Below, piece by piece: positions 20,837 through 25,734 of a stretch of DNA of 25,734 nt. The DNA is from Cyanophora paradoxa CCMP329 (Eukaryota > Plantae > Glaucophyta): contig QPMI01000384.1 of assembly GCA_004431415.1 (NCBI GenBank), positions 1 through 25,734 of the forward strand, given 5' to 3'. The translations under genes were made by a program, and so were the position numbers. A model generated the notes under the pieces. It was not told the origin of the DNA and searched no databases. It was given only the letters and a program-made list of their open reading frames with translations. How positions within the stretch are numbered: the stretch's first letter is position 1; each line of letters starts with the position of its first letter.

Positions 20837-22867
20837 ATGGGGCTGGCATTTGCAGCCCCCATTTCAGCTCCTGCGCTTGCGCCATCGTGCGTGAGTCGGC
20901 TGGGGCTTCCGGCCAGCTGGAGGGTCTCGAAGCATAGCAGGAGACGTACTCGGCCCTTCTTCGAGTACCAAGACGCCCAGCAGCTCAGATGCGAGGCGAC
21001 TCCAGCCGCTGCGGCCCAAACCCCAGCCCGAAGCCTGTCCAGTGCGCGTCGTGCGCGGCCAGTTTACCGGAGGCGCAGCGATTGACGGACGTCATTTGCG
21101 CAGGCTCGCCATCCATTAGGCGAGCGGAAGCCGAGCCGAGTCATGAAGAGCCTTCGCGCTCGGTCGCCGAGACGCAAGGCGCGAGAGCGTCTGGCGTATC
21201 GGGCGTTGCAACGGCAGCGGCTGCCGCGGCTTCAGCGCCGAGAGTGGCGCCCGGGCCGGCGGAGGCGGCGCGCGCGGCGGCGCCCCGGGAAGACCTCGAG
21301 GAGACGATGCGGTCGCTGCACAGGTACGCCGCGCGCCGCACCGCCGCCGCGGGCGTCAGAGCGGGCTTGCCGACGTGCGGGGGCAGGCTGTCGCGGCTGG
21401 TGTCGGTCTGCTACGAGCCGGAGATCCTGGAGCCGGTGGCGCGGGACGTGGGCGTGCGGCCGGTGCGGATGCGGGCGAACCGCTTCACGCGCATCGTCGT
21501 CTGCGACGACGCCGCGAGCCGCGCCCGCATCGTCTCCCTCCGCGGCGTCGCCTGGCGCTCCCTCCCCGAGCAGATCGAGAAGGCCCGCCGCCCCGGCCCC
21601 GGCCCCGCGCCCCCCGGCGCCGCTGAGGCGGGGGCGGGGCGGGCAGGCGGCGGGGGAGGGGCGGCGGGGACGGGGCGCGGCGTCGATCTTTAGCGAGATG
21701 AGCCCGGACTCGCCGTGGCTGGGGTGGATGCTGGCGCAGGCGTGGCCGGTGGCCTTCGAGGGGCCCCCGGGGTGCGGGCCCACCGCGGCGCCTACGCCCT
21801 CTGCGAGGAGCTCTACAAGGAGCTCCTCCCCGACATCGACTCCCTTCCGCCGGCTGGTCCCTCCGCCTCGCCGGTCCCCGCCCCGCCCCTCCCCGCCCCG
21901 CCCCGCCCCTGCTCACCGGCGGGCAGGCCACTCCCTCGGGGGCACACTCGCCCTCTTCATCGCCATGCTGCTCCGCGTCCGCCGCCCCGAGGCCCGCCCG
22001 CCCGCCCCGCCCGGCCCGCCCTCCCGCCCGAGCGAGGGCCGGGGCGCCGACGGGCGGGGCGGCAGATCGCGGCGTCGCGGCTGCACGTGGACGCCTTCGG
22101 CTCCTTCCCCGCCGCGCAGCACGGGGCGGGGCCGGGGCGCAGCTACCTCGAGCCCTTTGGGCTGCCGACCGAGCAGGTGCGCTGGACGGTGCTCGGCCTC
22201 GACGTCGTGCCCCGCTCCTACACCCCCAACGACCCCGGCTACTCCTTCGCCCGCTCCATCCTCCCCGAGGCGCCCCCGCGCCCGCCTCCCCCCCCCCCGC
22301 CGGCCGGCGCCCGTCCCTGACGCCGGGGCAGGGGGCGCTGCGGCTGCGGGAGCGTGTGGCGTCGCTGGCCGGGGGCGTCCTCTCGCGGGAGCGCTTTCTC
22401 TACGAGGCCCCCGGCGTGCTCTTCCACCTGCGCCCCATCCACTCCGCCCTCGCCGCCAGCTCGGGGGCCGGGGAGTGGGGCGAGCACGTGCACCAGCCGG
22501 GGGCGCCGCGGGAGGAGGGCGGCGGGGCGCACTCGCGGCGGCTGTACGAGGTGCGCGTGGCGCGGGGCCACGCCGAGGCCACTGCCCTCCTCCGCATCGA
22601 CCCCGACGCCCTCGTCCGCACCCCGGCCCCCCGGCCCCCCTCCGGCCGGCGCGGCCCCGGGTGACGGGCGGGGGGGCGTGGCAGAGGCGGGACCCGGTGG
22701 CGCCGCTGCGGGACCACCTGCACCGCCAGTACGAGGGCGCCCTCGCCTCCGTCGCCCTCGCCCTCCCCCGTCCCCGCTTCCTCCAGGAGCCCCCGCGCCC
22801 CGCCCCTGAGCCCCCCCCCCCCCCCCCCCCCCTCCCTGCCCCATTTCCCACTTGTATACGTAAGTAA
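20837..22867 (+). CDS. Class 3 lipase / phospholipase A1, plastid lipase PLIP-like, putative plastid presequence
   Basis: MGLAF presequence; VVCDD..RIVSLRG; PVAFEG..VRAHRGAY..LYKELLP; nucleophile GHSLGGTLALFIAMLL; AFGS; catalytic Asp LDVVPRSY; His LRDH. Motif order matches plant PLIP1-3. Two single-base frame corrections are needed (about 21770 and 21860), and the 3' end follows a long C run. Confidence 0.8.
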
Positions 22868-23176
22868 CGCGTCACGGTTCCCGTCGTACTTGGGAAGAGC
22901 CGCTTCTCGGCCGCGGGCTGCTCGCGCTGGCGCCCGTCGCCGATCGCGAGGGGCTCATGATCACCGTGGCACGTGCACGTCGCGCGCGGCGCAGTACCGC
23001 GGTCGAAGCTTAAGTCGACGTACGCGTGGCGTCGGCCCGCGCGCGCGCAGCCGTGCCGTTAGCGTGGCAAACCGTACCCCCTTGCACAGAGCGCGGGCTC
23101 AACTCTGAAGAAGACCAGTTTTGTGACGCGCGACCACTGGGCCGGGCCAGAATCAAGCCAAGCAGCAGGCACAGGC

Positions 23177-25586
23177 ATGTCAGCGTTTACCACACCGATA
23201 GTCGCAAATCGCGCGCTGGCGCCCGCCTGGCTCGACGGCGGCGGCCCAGCAGCGGCGCACTACGTGCGCCCCTTCCGGCTTCCAGCATCGAGGGCTGAGC
23301 CATCCAGCGCCGCCGAGCGCACGTTCTTTGTCGTCGCTCAGGCCGAAAGCACAAAGAAGAAGTGGGAGGTGCCTGGGCCGAGCGCACGTGCAAATTATAG
23401 CGGCGGCGCGCGGGCTTACCGCTTGTGGCCCGCCGCTTCTAGCCCCCCTTATGACTCACATCAACTCACCGCTTCCACACCGACGCGCAGTTCTCCAAGT
23501 GGGGTCTGGCCCGTGGAATTCAGAGCGCTCTGTTCTTCAGCCCGCTTGCTAAGTTCCTGAAACCCGAGGCGGCCAAAGAGCCCAAGCCGGCCCGCAAGAG
23601 CGTTCTTGTCGCGGGTGCGACGGGCGGCGTGGGGCGGCGCGTGGTCGCGCGGCTGCTGCGGCGCGGGTACGAGGTCCGAGCGCTCGTGCGGGACATGGAC
23701 GTCGCGCGCGGCCTGCTGGGCCCCGACGTGCAGCTCTTCCAGGCAGGCGCTGCCGCCCTCCCTCCGCCGTCGCCGCGAGGGGCGAGCCGGGGCGTGCGCA
23801 GGGCGACCTCTTCAACGTGCCCGTGGAGGCGGTCAAGGGCGCCAGCGCCGTCGTCAGCTGCATCGGCACCAAGGTGCGCGTCGCCGCCAGCGAGCCCCTG
23901 CCGCACCGGCCTGAGGGGCCCTGGGGGCCGGCAGGTGGGCCCGGCGGAGGGCGACACGCCGGACCGGCAGAAGTACTACCAGGGCCTCAAGTTCTACCAG
24001 GTGCGGGCTGCAGCCGGCGCGCCGCCTCCTGGCGGGGGCCGACGGGGCGGGCGGGGCCCCGGGGGGCAGCCGGTGGTGGTGGAGAACACGCCGGAGAACG
24101 TGGAGTTCAAGGGGCTGGCGAACCTGCTGCGGGAGTTCCAGGAGCACGGGGCGCCGCGCCTCTTCAAGCGCGACGACGTCCTCCCCGTCTGGTCCTTCGC
24201 CGACGACGAGGCCCGCGCCCAGTGGGGCCCCGTCGACGACGTCGTCATGGGCGGCGCCTCCAAGAGCGAGGCCCGCCCGCCCCGCCCCGCCCCGCGGCCC
24301 CGCCCCCGCCCCTGAGGCCTCGCCGTGGCGCAGATGCGGTTCGAGGGGGACGTGGCGGTCTTCGAGGGGCTGTGCACGGACGACAACAACGGCGGCTTCT
24401 GCTCGTGGCGCACGCGCGCGCGCGAGCAGCCCCTCGACCTCTCCCCCTACGAGGGATTCTTCCTCCGCGTCCGCGGCGACGGCTTCCGGTGCGCCCCGCC
24501 CCGCCCCGCCCCGCCCCGCCTCGCCTCGCTTCTGCTCGCCCCGCCGAGCGAGCGCCGGCGCAGGTACAAGTTCAACGTGCGGACGGACACGCAGTGGGAC
24601 GGCCCGAGCTTCTCCGCCGTCTTCGACACCGTCCCGGGCCAGTGGATGCCCGTCAAGTGCGGCCCCGCGGCCCCGCCGGCCGCCGGCCCCGGGGGGTGAC
24701 ACGGGGCAGGATCCCCTTCGCGGCGCTGAAGTCGGTGCGGCGGAACCGGCTCTCGGACGAGCGCTTCGACGCCGCCTCCGTCCGCTCCGTCCAGATCATG
24801 CTCTCCAAGCGCGCCCCCGCCACCCCCGCCGCCCCGCCGGCCCCGGCCCGAGGGCGCTGACCCCTGCCCCTCCGGCAGGTTCGAGTACGAGGGGGACCTG
24901 AACCCGACCTTCAAGGCGGGCGACTTCCGCCTGGAGCTGGAGAGCATCGGGGCGTACCGCTCGGTGGAGGCGGCGCAGTTCGTGCACTGCTCCTCGGCGG
25001 GGGTGACGCGGCCGGGGCGGCCGGGGATCAACCTGGAGGACGAGCCGCCGGCGGTGCGGATGAACGAGATGCTGGGCCGCATCATGGACTGGAAGCTCGC
25101 CGGCGAGGACGCCCTCCGCGCCTCCGGCCTCCGCTACACCGTCCGCCCCCCAGCGCCCCCCCGCCGCCGCCGGCTGAGGGGCGGGGCGGGGGCAGATCGT
25201 GCGGCCGTGCGCGCTGACGGACGCGGCGGGGCTGGGGCCGGGGGCGCTGCGGGCGGAGACGGGGGACACGATGCGGGGCCAGGTCTCTCGCGAGGAGATC
25301 GCCGACCTCATGGTCGCCGCCCTCGAGGACCCCCGCGTCCGCCCCGCCCGCCCCGCCCGCCCCGCCCCCCTCACGCCCCGCCCAGTTCGTCAACAAGACC
25401 TTCGAGGTCGCCCGCCGCGTCGACGTCGTCGAGGGCCGCGCCCCGTGCGCCCCCGCGCCCCGCTCCCCCGCCCCCGCCCCCGCCACGCCCCGCGCTGACT
25501 GCGCGGGCGCCGGGCGGCAGGGGGAGCCGGCGGGGGACGAGCTCGACGTCGCCGCCTGCGGCCGCCTCGTCGAGGGCATCCTCTAG
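23177..25586 (+). CDS. NAD(P)-binding Rossmann-fold protein with inserted CIA30 domain (At4g18810 / cyanobacterial CIA30-type), putative plastid presequence
   Basis: MSAF presequence; VLVAGATGGVGRRVV; VGPAEGDTPDRQKYYQGLKFY; PENVEFKGLANL; CIA30 WGPVDDVVMGGASKS, NNGGFCS, RVRGDG, MLSK|FEYEGDLNPTF; SSAGVTRPGRPGINLEDEPPAVRMN; WKLAGEDALRASGLRYT|IVRPCALT; GQVSREEIA; NKTFEV; TAG at 25584-25586. Confidence 0.93.
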
Positions 25587-25734
25587 GCCCCGTCACGGAG
25601 TCATGACCCGCCGCCCCCAGAGGCGACGTCCGGATCCACCGCGGCCGTGGGCCCGGGGCCGCGGCCGTGGCACTCCCCCAGCCTGCAGTCGACCCACGGC
25701 CCAATCCACCGGCCCCCCGAGGCCCCCCTTCGCC

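Noticed and set aside
5565-21865. Apparent frameshifts in coding exons (about 5571, 5616, 17620, 21770, 21860) suggesting pseudogenes, RNA editing or programmed frameshifting
   Set aside because: Each is fixed by adding one base to a G or C run and catalytic residues are intact, which fits long-read homopolymer errors. Short-read or cDNA data would settle it.
14254-22832. Long C homopolymers (about 14254-14287, 16231-16264, 22811-22832)
   Set aside because: Expected at this composition, lengths unreliable in assembly, no specific function supportable.
3670-25520. Introns as Introner/MITE-like mobile elements
   Set aside because: Similarity between introns is low-complexity (CCCCG) only; I saw no near-identical copies or consistent target-site duplications.
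25434-25520. Possible GG donor for the last CIA30 intron
   Set aside because: Ambiguous: a GC donor in the same phase, or a GT donor plus a homopolymer error, explains it equally well. Excluded from the intron counts.
315-25704. Dozens of long overlapping Arg/Pro/Gly/Ala-rich ORFs in all six frames (e.g. 315-2762, 5117-7402, 14882-16387)
   Set aside because: Stop codons are rare at this GC content; only segments with recognisable motifs joined across introns were accepted.
1-25734. Prokaryotic features (CRISPR arrays, operons, IS elements) and tRNA/rRNA genes
   Set aside because: No regular repeat-spacer array, transposase or structural RNA signature seen; the DNA is spliceosomal-intron-rich eukaryotic sequence.

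Overview
Extremely GC-rich, gene-dense, intron-rich eukaryotic nuclear DNA. Almost none of the long ORFs in the supplied track are real proteins; the genes had to be rebuilt by hand across many ~50-90 nt introns. I find nine genes: 3' end of a TauE/SafE-family membrane protein (+), SAM/F-box/LRR protein (-), membrane-anchored pappalysin (PAPP-A)-like M43 metalloprotease with LNR repeats (+), F-box/LRR protein (-), S10 serine carboxypeptidase (-), GUP1/HHAT-type MBOAT (+), PPR protein with an RGG/YGG tail (-), PLIP-like class 3 lipase (+) and an NAD(P)-binding Rossmann/CIA30 protein (+). The last three start with Phe-type presequences (MVAF, MGLAF, MSAF) and no ER signal peptide, which suggests a primary-plastid alga, most plausibly a glaucophyte such as Cyanophora (inference, not verified). 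The most unusual signals are: (1) about 40% of the introns I could place use GC donors, with a GYSCG consensus, (CCCCG)n bodies and no U-rich polypyrimidine tract, while every first intron uses GT; (2) intergenic spacers full of chained overlapping palindromes and a recurrent TCATGA(TCA) motif; (3) an animal-style LNR-containing pappalysin with a transmembrane anchor. Several apparent 1-nt deletions in G/C runs are probably long-read assembly errors, so exact frames in low-complexity parts are uncertain.
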